A stretch of DNA of 58,224 bases, filler included, from Sluysia triapertura (GCA_046118255.1; 4 parts of 4 records of this genome joined end to end with filler, not necessarily neighbours in it); one strand, 5' to 3'. Counted from the first letter of the whole stretch, positions 39,790-51,710 are shown. The notes: a model not told the origin generated them from the sequence alone. Program-made: numbers and translations.

Positions 39790-40141
39790 TAATAACATTT
39801 TTGTTATTATTATTATCGTCATTAATTTTTATTATATTTATTGCTAAAATTATTAATTTGGTAACTATCACTACCAGTGGTGACTGCATTAATTTACAAT
39901 GACAGTCAATGTCACCAATGATAGTGGTTCACACATCAATAATCAATCTCTGTTCATTCTTTCATGCATTTATATTGGCCATAGAACCAGAACAAGTATT
40001 ACAGTTGTTTTCATTTTCAATGCCTCTGGTTGGATGACCAATCACAGTATTTCAAAAATTTTCATTATTACAATTTGAAAAGTCTGAGCTAATCGAAAAA
40101 AATAATTTTGAAAAGGATTTATTTATTTAATTACGAAGATA

Positions 40142-40761
40142 GAATTTAACTATTATAAACACGACGATGATTTTGATGAAGATTATGAACTTAACAATAA
40201 CGAAGATGATGATTACAAAGCTAACTATTATAAACATGATGATTACAAAGTTAACAATAACAAAGATGATGATTACGAGGCTAACAATAATAAAGATGAT
40301 GATCGTGAAGCTAACGACAATAAAGACGATGATTACCAAGTTCACAATTATAAAGATGACGATTACGAACTTAACGAATATAAAAATGATGATTATGAAG
40401 CTAACGATAATAATTACGAATTTGATTATTACGAAGATGATTATTACGAAGTTAATGGTAGCAAAGATGATGATTACGAAGCTAACATTATTGCTATCTG
40501 TCCATTCACCACAGATAAATATGGCATATGGAAGTCATTGCTGTTACGCTCACAAAGTCTGTGAAATGAGGTCCACCAAGGAAAACGATTCAAGCTACAC
40601 CTAACATTCTCTTAGAATTACCAATATCTTAAGTAGCATCAAAATTTCAAATCAAAACGCGATAAATAACAATTTGTGTATCCACGAACTCAAAGTAATT
40701 ATTTATTATACTTTTTGGGATGATATTAATTTTTGTGATTTTTATTTAGATGATGAAATAG
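40142..40761 (+). pseudogene. LTR-borne spliced gene remnant: Asp/Tyr-rich 10-aa repeats plus Cys-containing domain
   Basis: DYELNNNEDDDYKANYYKHDDYKVNNNKDDDYEAN...NIIAICPFTTDKYG, frameshift, GSHCCYAHKVCEMRSTKENDSSYT*HSLRI...HELK, intron 40695-40749, MMK*. Confidence 0.7.
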
Positions 40762-41208
40762 TTGGATCAGGAGCTGGCACAACCAGAATTAAAATAATAA
40801 ACGTTCAATGTAATTTTAATAAAATTTTATGTGGTTGTAGTTCATTTATAAATTGTTTTTTATTTCAAAATTCACAATATAACAAAGATTGAAGACATAA
40901 GAACTTAATTAAAATTTCAGTTTCTTTTTTTCAAATCTATTTAAAATTTTTTAAAAATTCAATCATAACTCAAAGTTTAAATAATTATATTAAACCACAA
41001 CAAAAATGTTGTCAGGAGTTCAAAATAACCCTACTACCACAACATTAAGAAAGAAAAGATAAGAACTGGAGGCTTATGTTGATATTTAATTTTGATGTTA
41101 TCTGTTTCTTAGATTTAGATACTTATTAGCTTTCCTCAATTAAGATTTTATTATAATTTGGAAAATAATCAATATTAAAAATTATCCGTATCAATTCAAA
41201 TTTATTTT

Positions 41209-41270
41209 AATTAAAATATTACCAATTAAAATATTACCAATTAAAATATTACAAATTCGAATATTATAAA
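41209..41270. repeat. 15-bp tandem repeat (aattaaaatattacc), about 4 copies
   Basis: Directly visible. Confidence 0.85.
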
Positions 41271-42532
41271 TTATTTATTAAAAAGCAAGTATGTAAAAGT
41301 TAAAACACTTATACAATTAATAAGTAAAAATTGTCAAATAAACTTAGTAAGCGTAAAACATAAATAAAAATTATATGCAAAAATTAAAAGTTCGTTTAAA
41401 ATCTTGAAAAGTATTAATGTAATACATCAAATGTCAAAAAATTAAAAAATCCGTCTATATTATAGGAATAAATATTAAACAATATTAATTTATAATTAAT
41501 ATGTTGTAATTAAATGTTAATAAATAACTTTTATTGCATTAAATATACTTTTAGATTATAAATTCAGTTTAACTATTCTTAAATTAACTATTCTTAACTA
41601 TTCTTAACTATGTTTAAATTAACTATTCTTAAAAAAACATAAAACTAACGATTAATTAATTTTTCCAAAATAATCTTATTTTCTTCAGTTATAAATAAAT
41701 TGTTAATATCAAATTAATTAGTTTTTCCAAATATCAATACTTTTTTCAAATATTAATAATTTTTCTAAATAAATAATTGTCTTTTATCCAGCTATAAATA
41801 AACTGTTAATATCACTAAATCAATAATTTTTTAACTTTGACATTATATATTTGTGTAAGTGTAACGATTCACTATTTATAGTGTTTTTAAATACTATTTT
41901 TAGTAGTTTTATAAGTAAAATAATAAGTTGAATAATTAAAGCAATAATATTTTTTTAAATTAATTGTAAAGGATAATTTTATGTTTTTTATTTTTTGTGT
42001 AAAATTTATTGTATGTTTTATTCTTGAAATTAATATTATTATTATAAAATTAATTATTAAATAAAGTTTTTTATGAATTTAAATAAAATTTTTAATTTTA
42101 AATTTAAATAAAATTACAAATAATAATAATTTAAAAATAATTAATAATTTTAAAGACTAAATTTAAAAATAATTTAAAAAAATAATTAATAATTTAAAGT
42201 ATTGGAAATTATTAATTTGTTTAAATTATTAAAAACTTCTCGAAGATATTTTTTGTTTAAATTAATCGGCAGACATATTAGGAAAAATTACTATAAATAG
42301 GTTAGAATTTTTTAACATTAACCAGAAATTTTAGACGAAATTTTAGACGACAAAAAGAAAAGAAGATTAATAAATTTTTAGACTAATTTTATCGCAGAAG
42401 AAGATCAATAAATTTTAAGAAGAATTTTAGAAGACTAATTTTATCACAGAAGAAATTTAATAAATTTAAGAAGAATTACTATTCAAAAAGTTTTCCATGT
42501 CGTTAAAGTAATTTTTTATTTATTAAGTTTCT

Positions 42533-42899
42533 TATATCACCTTATAAAGGGATATACAAAATCTAACTTAAATTTAATTTTAATTTTTCATCGACACCTT
42601 AATAACAGGGTCGAGTAATTTTATTTTTTAAATTGACAAATAATCAACTTAGGTTGAATTAGTAAAATCATTATCTTTATTATAATTTCGTTTTTTGTAT
42701 AGTTTAGAACATAATTGTAATTATTTAATAAAAGCTTTAGAGTTTTAAGGAATTTTGTTTTTTGAGTTAAATTAAGTTAGATAATTAAGCGACAACTAAA
42801 TAAAATAATAAAATCTTTTTTGTATAACAACACCTTAATAAAAGGGTTGTGTAAATATTAAAATAATTCTTTTCATACAACATCTCATTAAGAGAGTTG
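42533..42899 (+). other. Array of four bulged-A stem-loops
   Basis: tatatc-A-cctt-ata-aagg-gatata; tcgac-A-cct-taataac-agg-gtcga; acaac-A-cctt-aataa-aagg-gttgt; caac-A-tctc-attaa-gaga-gttg. Confidence 0.75.
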
Positions 42900-42999
42900 N
42901 NNNNNNNNNNNNNNNNNNNNNNNNNNNNNNNNNNNNNNNNNNNTTAATTAATTAANNNNNNNNNNNNNNNNNNNNNNNNNNNNNNNNNNNNNNNNNNNN
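42900..42999. other. Artificial contig linker (44N-TTAATTAATTAA-44N)
   Basis: Identical to the other two linkers. Confidence 0.97.
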
Positions 43000-43620
43000 A
43001 ACCACAAATAACATTGTATATACTCATAGCCGTTGCTACTTCACAGCCTTCTATTCACCTTACGTATCTTTTATTCCATTTTATTATTTGTATATGTAAG
43101 AAATTAGTAAGGATACAAAGAACAGATTGTGTTATTAAGAATCAAAGACTTTTATGCATGTTATTAGTTTTCAAATTATTATAATTCTTTTATTATTATT
43201 ATTATTACTAATCTTATTATTATTATAATTATTATTATCATTTATGTTATTATCAAATTAATTATTTGTACTATTAATTTTTGATAATTTAGTCTCTACC
43301 GCCATCAGCACATATAAAATCATTTTAAAATGTCAATAATACGTCAGTGCTGATGACGGCTTACCAACAGTAAAACATAATTTTATCAGCTGGCCAGAAA
43401 AATTTAATTCAATATCACCCAATCAGAGTGAATTCAGTTCTTATTCACTCAAAATACTCTGATTGGGTAGGCAGCATTAGAGTACAAATTTTCATAATTA
43501 TATTATTGGAGCTAAAAATAGAATACACAAAAAAATTGTAGCAACTTGTGATAATAGTTAGCGGTTAAAAATATTTGCCAGACACATTTAGTAATAATTC
43601 CTAACATTTGGAAAATTTTC
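43000..43620 (+). mobile_element. Family A LTR promoter-module fragment
   Basis: tgctacttc, tatatgtaagaa, tttatgc, (TTA)n, inverted repeat 43299-43311/43347-43359, tggcc, CCAAT inverted repeat 43417-43429/43456-43468, and aaattttcataatta as near 40056. Confidence 0.65.
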
Positions 43621-43697
43621 AACAATTGATGATGGATTTAGTTATTTTGCGTAAAGATGATGTATCTGATCTAATACAATTATGTATTTGAGAAACA

Positions 43698-45164
43698 ATG
43701 AAGAGTGAATTTATGTTGTGTATCAACGGCATGATCAATACAATGTTGCTAAACGATTGTGAAATAGTGATCAAACAATTCGAAGTGTATGAAGACCTCA
43801 CATTCAATGTATTATCTCTAGACAGACATGATATAACGACCAAACATTGTAGTATAATTAAAAAGGACGTTTTTAATACAATAATATTGATGATTAGGAA
43901 ATTTTGCGCGCGCAATGGTCCTATATCTGGTATTATATTATTAAAAATTCAAAAAATAATAATGAAACAACTTAATGAAGATAAAATTAGTCTTTTTAGT
44001 TTAAATTCATCAAATAAATACAAAATTAGTCCTTTTAGCTTATTACTATTAGATGAAAACCAAATCACGACAAGACAACCGGATGTACATAATTATGGAT
44101 TAATGGCGAAACAATTTTTTACGTGTAAAGATTATGTTCTTGTAGTAGTATTATTTAGAAGTTGCAAAGTAATGATTAAGGTCTTCGATGTACATAGTGT
44201 TGGTATAACGGTTAGACGATCTAGGATATATGAAGATGATTTATTCCATACAATATTAGTGTACAATTTCGGCAGAGTAAAAATACTATCTAATGCAAGT
44301 GAAGGAGAAAATATTCTAAAGTTTACCGATAATGTTAAGTGTCTCGATATAACCGTATCGTCCATCGCAGTGGTCCACAGTCATAAAAAATCCGGGATTA
44401 GTCTAAGTAATTTTGTTATATTAAACTTACATTACTATATCTATTATATTGTTTATGTATTTATTAGTCATGATACTTCCATCAATCAAGAAGTCCATGG
44501 AATCGCGATCCGTGGAGAAAAGGTGTCTGCAGAAAAATCTAAAATTTTTAGTTTATTTACAAACAAATTTACAGTTACCAAACTAATCTTCAACATAAAC
44601 ATTTTGTTTAGTTTATTAATAAATAATTATAGGTCTTATTTTCACACAATTAAAGTTATTTGCGAAATAAATAAAAATGTTCATATTCAATCTATAGTTT
44701 ATTATAAATCATTTATTAAAGGAATAAGTAATTTGATAAAGTCCTCAATCGATATCTGTAACTTCATCTTTCGTAGCCATCACACAGTTTCCAACATAAA
44801 GTTACGTTTTAATTTAATATTCTCCTATATGACTATTGTAAAAATCACGAATACTCTGCCTTCTTTCAATTCAATAAATGTACTTATACAAATTATTGCC
44901 GATATACTTAATAATAGATTTAGACAGTTAATATTCTATGGGGTTAAGTCTAAGGCCATCTTTGGCAAATTATCAAACTATATTAAAAACCACTCGACAC
45001 TGTATCCACACTACATATACCCCATAATCTTTTTGACTCCATCTTCTATTTTTAGATTCGATTTTGTTTTTAATAAAATTCTGATTAGATATCTTACTTT
45101 CACTTTCACTTATTGTATATTTTTGCAAGTTTTCTCTGAAATGATTATTTCTTTAATAGTTTAG
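43698..45164 (+). CDS. Orphan ORF, 488 aa (extends in frame to ATG 43632 across one TGA)
   Basis: Longest ORF in the window; opposite strand in the same register is full of stops; no domain recognised. Confidence 0.5.
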   Translation: MKSEFMLCINGMINTMLLNDCEIVIKQFEVYEDLTFNVLSLDRHDITTKHCSIIKKDVFNTIILMIRKFCARNGPISGIILLKIQKIIMKQLNEDKISLFSLNSSNKYKISPFSLLLLDENQITTRQPDVHNYGLMAKQFFTCKDYVLVVVLFRSCKVMIKVFDVHSVGITVRRSRIYEDDLFHTILVYNFGRVKILSNASEGENILKFTDNVKCLDITVSSIAVVHSHKKSGISLSNFVILNLHYYIYYIVYVFISHDTSINQEVHGIAIRGEKVSAEKSKIFSLFTNKFTVTKLIFNINILFSLLINNYRSYFHTIKVICEINKNVHIQSIVYYKSFIKGISNLIKSSIDICNFIFRSHHTVSNIKLRFNLIFSYMTIVKITNTLPSFNSINVLIQIIADILNNRFRQLIFYGVKSKAIFGKLSNYIKNHSTLYPHYIYPIIFLTPSSIFRFDFVFNKILIRYLTFTFTYCIFLQVFSEMIISLIV

Positions 45165-45654
45165 AAATAATTTCTTCCTACTGATTATCATTTAATTTAA
45201 CTTTTTTATAGAATAAAAATAGAAATGTAAACAATATTTTTGTCAGTAATGACTTAAGATATTATTACAGTAAAATAAAATTGAGCTACAGTATATGACT
45301 TATGACATGATGTGGGCATATTGTAACTGTAAATGACAATTTTAACGTTTAATTAACTTTCATGCAATATACTTAACATATTATTGATTTTAACTGAAGG
45401 TTTTATATAATAAATTGATTTACTTTAGTCTTTTCAATTCAAGTAGATGGTTTTTCTTACTACAACTTTACTACATTAAAATCTTGATCTAAAGCAGTCT
45501 ATCAAGAAAAAGCATGTTAGTGATATAATATTTATTTTATCATAAAATTACTAAGTACAAAGGTCTATAATTATAAAAGTAAAATAATTTTAATTTTAAA
45601 ATTAAAGCTTCTTATGAGCCTTTAATTTGTAATCTTTAGTATTTTAAATTAGAT

Positions 45655-46060
45655 TTTATCCCTCATTATATCGGGGACAACTATGACAATGTGGATTTTA
45701 CGATTAACATTCGATGAATGGAACCAATCTTACAAAACAGTAACTTACTAAAATAAAATAAAATTCAATTATTGTTAATCCTTGCAATTGACAGTGGTAT
45801 CGTGAAAATTTCTAATAAGTATTTGAATCGTGATATAAACTCTTAATAAATTGTGTAACTAAGTTGAGATTTAAACTAAACTGATGCCAGTTTATACATT
45901 AGTCCATCGGTCAATCAAAAACAATGGAATTTTTCGATTATTCTATAATGTTCTTGAATTTTCTATTTCTCTTTAAGAAAATGTGGTCATTTTTTGAAGA
46001 ATTTATTTTCTTTTTTAAAAAATAATTTTCTTTTATAGAAATTAATTATTTTAAAAGGTT
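45655..46060. repeat. Dispersed repeat family C, copy 2
   Basis: Colinear motifs with 14860-15270. Confidence 0.6.
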
Positions 46061-46993
46061 AATTACTTGTATATTATACAAAACGAATAAATATGATCGA
46101 TCACCTTAATTAGATAGTGAAAGTTTAAGACTAATTATTTCAACCAAGTTAAGTCGATTTTAATCCTTATATTAAGTAAAGAAAAAGTTTATACATTAAT
46201 ATCTTAAGATTTATTTAATATTTAGATGATTTAGTGTTAGCCGATTTTTAATTAAGTTTACTCGCATTAATAAGTACGAAAAAATTTGAATTAGTTTTTT
46301 TAGCCGAATTTAAATTAGGCATCTAAACTGTTACCAAATTATTTGAATAGTCGAATTTTAATAATTCGAGTAAAATCTTTTTATACTCTGTATTACATTG
46401 TAAAATATTTGTTATTATTAACTCATAAATAACAATAGATCTGAAAAAGATAATTTGTTAATTTGACAATAATTTTTCTCTAAAGAAATAAACTATCAGG
46501 GCACACGTTTTAGTTCTCATTTTAAAAGAGAATTCGAATTAAAGGAAGTAACTTATATAATTTCACATTTATAAAATCAGTCGAAATTTAATTGTTTTTC
46601 TAATACGATGTTAAAATTAATTTTTTCGAAATCATAAACCTCATTAACATAGGAGATATACACAATTAACGAGTTTATAAACTCAACCCAATAAATATTA
46701 ACCAAATAAGTATCAAGCTTAAACTGCTTATAAAGGTTTCAAACTTTTAGCACATCACAGGCTAAGCAAAAGCTTTCTTCTTCTTATTCTTCGAAAATTT
46801 TAAAATAATCTAGTAATTATTACATTAAATAAATACTTTTCAGAAGAAGAAAGATTTAAAATAACTTATACTTACATTGAAGATACTTGTTGCGAATAAT
46901 ATTGGCAACTTTATTTTTCTTACAAATAAATGTAAAAACCACGAAACTGTCGAACAAATATAAAAATGAATGTCGTTAAAAGTAATTAATTAA

Positions 46994-47187
46994 CATGTTC
47001 TCTACCGGTGCTTGAGAAGAATATCTTGTACCACAGCCCATGGAAATTTTTCTTATGAAATGACTTTAAATAGTATTGGATTTTTTAATTACGAAAAAAT
47101 ACTGCAACGCCTTATCGGAAAATGATAAGGTAGATACGCCACACATTTACGATGCCGGGCTCAAAGCAAGAAGTGGTAGCGAACGTG
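46994..47187. mobile_element. piggyBac-like MITE, 194 bp
   Basis: TTAA on both sides (46990-46993, 47188-47191); 13-bp TIRs catgttctctacc / cacgttcgctacc. Confidence 0.75.
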
Positions 47188-48260
47188 TTAAAATATTTTT
47201 TGATATTTTAATATTTTTATGTAAATATTAATTTTATATTTTCATCAATATTGATGCTATTATGTTAAAATGTTTATTGGTTATAATTCTTATTTAAAAT
47301 AAGTGTAATTTTAATAATATTAACCTGAATAGTAAATGTTTCTTCATTTTGAATCAAATATGAAACATATTTATAAAGAAATTTATTTATATTTAAAATT
47401 TAAAATGCGTTCTATTACAATTACCCATTTAAAGCTAAATCTAAATGTTTTATTTTGATTTATACAATTATGTGATTAAATACAGTACTACAATAGTACA
47501 GTTTCGATTAAGTAAAACTTCGTAATTAGTCACTTTTGTTTGTTTTTATGGAATTTTATGGAACTTGTATTCTTTTGATCATTTCAGAATTTTTAAAAGA
47601 TACTTTTTTCATCGCTAGAAGAAATCTATTCTCTGATCTTCAGAAATAATTCCGTAATGTATCAAACTCTAAAAGCTCTTTCAAACGTTGATCAGAAGCT
47701 ACTTATCAATTATGTTCTTTACCGAAGATTTTTAAAGAAAGTCTTTCACCATAAACATAAATTTGCTTTAAAAACCTTTACTAATGGATGATTTGTTAAA
47801 ATTACGCATTTTAATTCTGTGATTTTAAAATGGGTTCATCTATTAATTAATTTATAGAAAATTTTGTAATAATAGAATGATCAAATGAAAATAAATTTGG
47901 AAGAATGTAGTGGTTCACCTAATAATTCAAACTTTAATATTATCAAAGTTATCTATCCACATAAAACAGAAATTAAACACTTAGAAAATTGTTACAATGA
48001 GTAAACAATTAAACAAATACATTAAATGCATTCAGCCCAATACATTAAGTTTTCTATATCATAACATAAATTCTTAACTAAACACTTTTAAAAAAATATT
48101 GAAATACTTCTTACCCTCACTTTTTCAGTTTTCTCAAAACATTTAAATATAGCAGTCGTTTTTATTGCATTATTCTATTATTATATTTTCACATCGCGTA
48201 TGTAGCCAACAGAATAATAATTTAAATTAAATAAATTAATTATCCTTTAAATGATTTCAG

Positions 48261-48534
48261 TCGGCTTTTAATTACTGGAGGAGAATCAGTAAATACAGAA
48301 ATTTTACAGATAGCTGCTGATGTTTTCAATCTAACAATAATTACAATCGCAAATTCCACATCATTTGGAGCAGCTCCCAGAGCTATTTTTGCTACTCAAT
48401 GCGATGATTTCAAATTTTTAACGAATGAAAAAGACAAAATTAACTTAGAAATTACGTCTAGAAATAATAAGGTATATGAAGAAAAAGTACCGCTATTTCA
48501 AAGTTTTATTGACCATATTAGAAAGTCATTGTGA
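48261..48534 (+). CDS. XYLB: Xylulose kinase (FGGY family), terminal exon
   Basis: AG acceptor then RLLITGGESVNTEILQIAADVFNLTIITIANSTSFGAAPRAIF...RKSL*, matching the XYLB C-terminal TGGASxNxxILQxxADVF...ANSxxxGxAxRA. Upstream exons not found; may be a pseudo-exon. Confidence 0.8.
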
Positions 48535-51500
48535 ATATATTAATTTAACTTGTTAAACATAAATTCTAATGTAATGATGCATCATTTATCACATTTGTAT
48601 TTTACTTATTAATTTTTAATATTTCTAAAATTAGTAAAATTATTACAGATATTATTAAGTATAAAATAAAAAATTAATTTCATAAAAATTTTTATTGATC
48701 CTGTAAAAATGGAGTCTTCATTGTTTACGACCAACTATAAAACATCACCTCTTAACGAAAGCAAAACAGCAGATGATTATTGCAGTCTTCATGAACCTGC
48801 TTATGCTAAGCTAACTGAATGTTTCTGTAGGGAACTCGTCATACGGTATCCATCATATTTCATCACACAATATTCACTATAACTCATCTCATAAAGTTCA
48901 TCACAAACCATCACTTAAAAACGATACCTGCATACATAAACTACTAAACGAACTATTAAACTCATTCAAAAGTAAACACGATCATCTCATTTAATAATCA
49001 TGAACTATTATTATTATTACGATTAATATCTTTTCAAAATTCGAATTAAAATTACAACTTTTATAACAACTTTATAATAACAAACTTCGTTTTAATCAAC
49101 ATTGTAATTATACAATTGTTATCATTATTATTAATTGTTTTTTTCTTTTTTACCTTTAGTATTATTATTATTATTTCTCTTCATCCTTTTATCGATTTAT
49201 CTCTACCTGTTCTATTTTTTTTATTCTTGGAATTAATAATTTATTACCTTAGTGATTTCTTTTCATAAATCAGAGAAATTGTTGTGAGACTGTGAGTCAT
49301 ATTGACTTGATGGGTCTGCTTTATTTAAACAAGTTTATATTTTAAAAAGAATAAATTGAAAGATTTAATTTTCGTGTTGAGTAATTATTCATTTACTTAA
49401 TTCAAATCTATTAGTTAAAACACATGCACTCAGGAATTATATTCATGCAAACAAATAAATACTTATCACCTTATTCCTGAAATTATGTTTATCAAACATT
49501 CTTCAAATTTATTAATTACATTACATAATTACGAATTAATTCCATGTTTCATTTACATGAATTGAATTTACTTTTTAATTAATTTCGTCACAATTTTTTA
49601 ATTCACTTCAACATCATATTTGCCACTGTTTCAGCTAATAGATATTTCTGGCTATTTTTTTTCATTACTACTTAATTTGCTAATTGAGATCACGAATTTT
49701 GGATGTAATGTAAATAAAAACTTTTCTCTTTATTTGATTTTTTTTATACTTTTATCATCTAAATTGAATGATTTTATGTTAATTAAATTGTAGCTTCTGC
49801 CATTTCTCTTATATTTGCGTTGCATAGTTTTAGCAAGCTTTCATAGGTAGTTTAATTCAGACTTTTACTAAATGCGTGTCAGTTAATTATTGGAATATCT
49901 TCATCGAATTGTTAAGATAACATATACGCATTTAAACCTGTCTTCCATGAATATAAATTATTTGAAATAACTAAATTCTACATTTCTGGAATTATTACTT
50001 TTGATTTTGATTATTACCTTTTGATTTTCCAAGCAGCATTTTATAAGTTTTGTTTAGTTTTCATGTGATCTTAAAATAAATATCTCAGTTTTTATTAAGA
50101 ATAAATATTTTACCTATGGTATCTGCAAATTTTCAGTTCGATGCTATGTTTTTATTTCCACTTTTGTTAATATTTATATTAGAACTATTTTCTTGCCATT
50201 TTAATACGGGATTATTGTTGGAGAATGCCAATATTTTCACATCTTTGAATATTCGTATGTAATTTTATATTGTGCATACATGTTGCGATTAATGTATGTA
50301 TTCAAATAACAAATTTCATTGGCACTTTGCAGACTAAACATCTATTAAGATAGAACAGACATAATTCACTATTATTACCATGATTATTATAATCATTATC
50401 ATTATTATCATCATCATTATACTCATGATAAAATTTATATTATTGAATGTTTATTCATTGTCTTATCTCATATGTTATATTTATTTACAAATATGGGTAA
50501 CATTTTGAACATTTTAATTTTATTTAATTATAATTTATTTTCTTTTCCATTTTTATCTTTTAATTGAAAATAAAGAGATTTAAAGTTTTCCTTTTTAACT
50601 GCATTTAGCTACTAAATCAATTCATAGTTCCTTTTCAAATATTGCAGAAAATCAACGGATATAAAAGAAATCATACAAATAACAGTTTTAAGTAATTTAA
50701 AAAGAGAGTATATCATAATAGACAGAAATCGACTATCAAAACGCAATAATAAACAAAATAAATAAATATATTATTATTATTAATTTTTTTAAATTAAACA
50801 CTTTGTCATTAATCAATAAATTAATGATTTTATTTTTCTTATATAAATGATAAACAACTAATTTTTATAAAATATATGTAATAAGATTAAAAAGTTTGTT
50901 AATTCAAATATTTCTAAATGTAAAATTGTAGTTGTTTTTTGTGGTGTTATAAAATCATGTGCTGATTATTATTGCTCATAATTAATCATTATTAATGGAT
51001 TTAAAATTTTGTATGCTCTAAAAGTTTTCACATTGAATTGTTAATATACAATTTATATGTGTAAGCCGAAAAAGTTACATAATTGGCTATAATAAAAATA
51101 AATCATTAGATTGAGCTGAAAACTTGGTGGACAGAAAGTCTTTAGCAGTCTTTTACAATGTCCAATATCTGTAGTCATCAGTGGATTTACACTTTCAATT
51201 ACATAAAACGTTTATTTCACAAATTATTTTATGGTTTTATATTCATATTTGTAATATCTTAATCAGATTTGAATATACTTATCTTTACCACAGTGCACAA
51301 TAAACAGGTTAAATTAACCCAAGAATGTCACAAAGCGATTTGTAGCCACTTCCAAACAAATTGTGTTAAGTTTGAAATGATTAAAAGAGACGCTGCAAAT
51401 GCTGTATGAAATAGTTTTTTATTAGCAAGAATATGATAAATGTTGACTAAACACAAGAGTCAAAAAAGTTTTTTTTGGCAGTACTACCGCGTATTAGAAT

Positions 51501-51710
51501 GATAAAAGTTAAAAATTTGATAAATTTATCTATACTATTTTGATAAGATTTGCAATAATATCAAAAAATGTTATCATTCGTACAGTTACAGTTAGAAACG
51601 TATATACATACTTCATAAATCATGTATATAAATCATTATCATATTTATTTATTACACAATTGTAAATTAATTTCAATTAATTTTTCGATTTATTTCTTCA
51701 TCATATTTAT

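Larger units (their letters stand above)
37338..41044 (+). mobile_element. Solo long LTR (family A, about 2.25 kb net) interrupted by a nested copy
   Basis: Starts TGTGGTGG, ends CCACAACA; flanks TTAAT/TTAAG (5-bp TSD with one mismatch); left part aligns with 38338-38960. Confidence 0.75.

Noticed and set aside
40340-40370. FLAG-tag-like NYKDDDY suggesting vector contamination
   Set aside because: Embedded in a degenerate natural repeat with diverged genomic homologs.
40127-40604. ORF-track proteins MILMKIMNLT... and MNLVIIVF...
   Set aside because: Alternative frames of the 30-bp repeat; cross-copy conservation supports the D/Y frame (only the last part of the plus ORF joins it after a frameshift).
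42533-42899. CRISPR array or iron-responsive elements
   Set aside because: Units are not identical or regularly spaced, no cas genes, eukaryotic context; the bulge is A rather than C and there is no CAGUGN loop.
5649-43691. Alternative genetic code suggested by repeated in-frame TGA/TAG (5651, 13118, 21032, 43689)
   Set aside because: ZSWIM2 and innexin use TGG for Trp and CAA/CAG for Gln, XYLB ends at TGA, and most affected regions also have frameshifts or other stops; pseudogene decay is simpler.
43600-45191. Real gene on the minus strand opposite the 488-aa ORF
   Set aside because: The antisense register contains many TAA, TAG and TGA codons.
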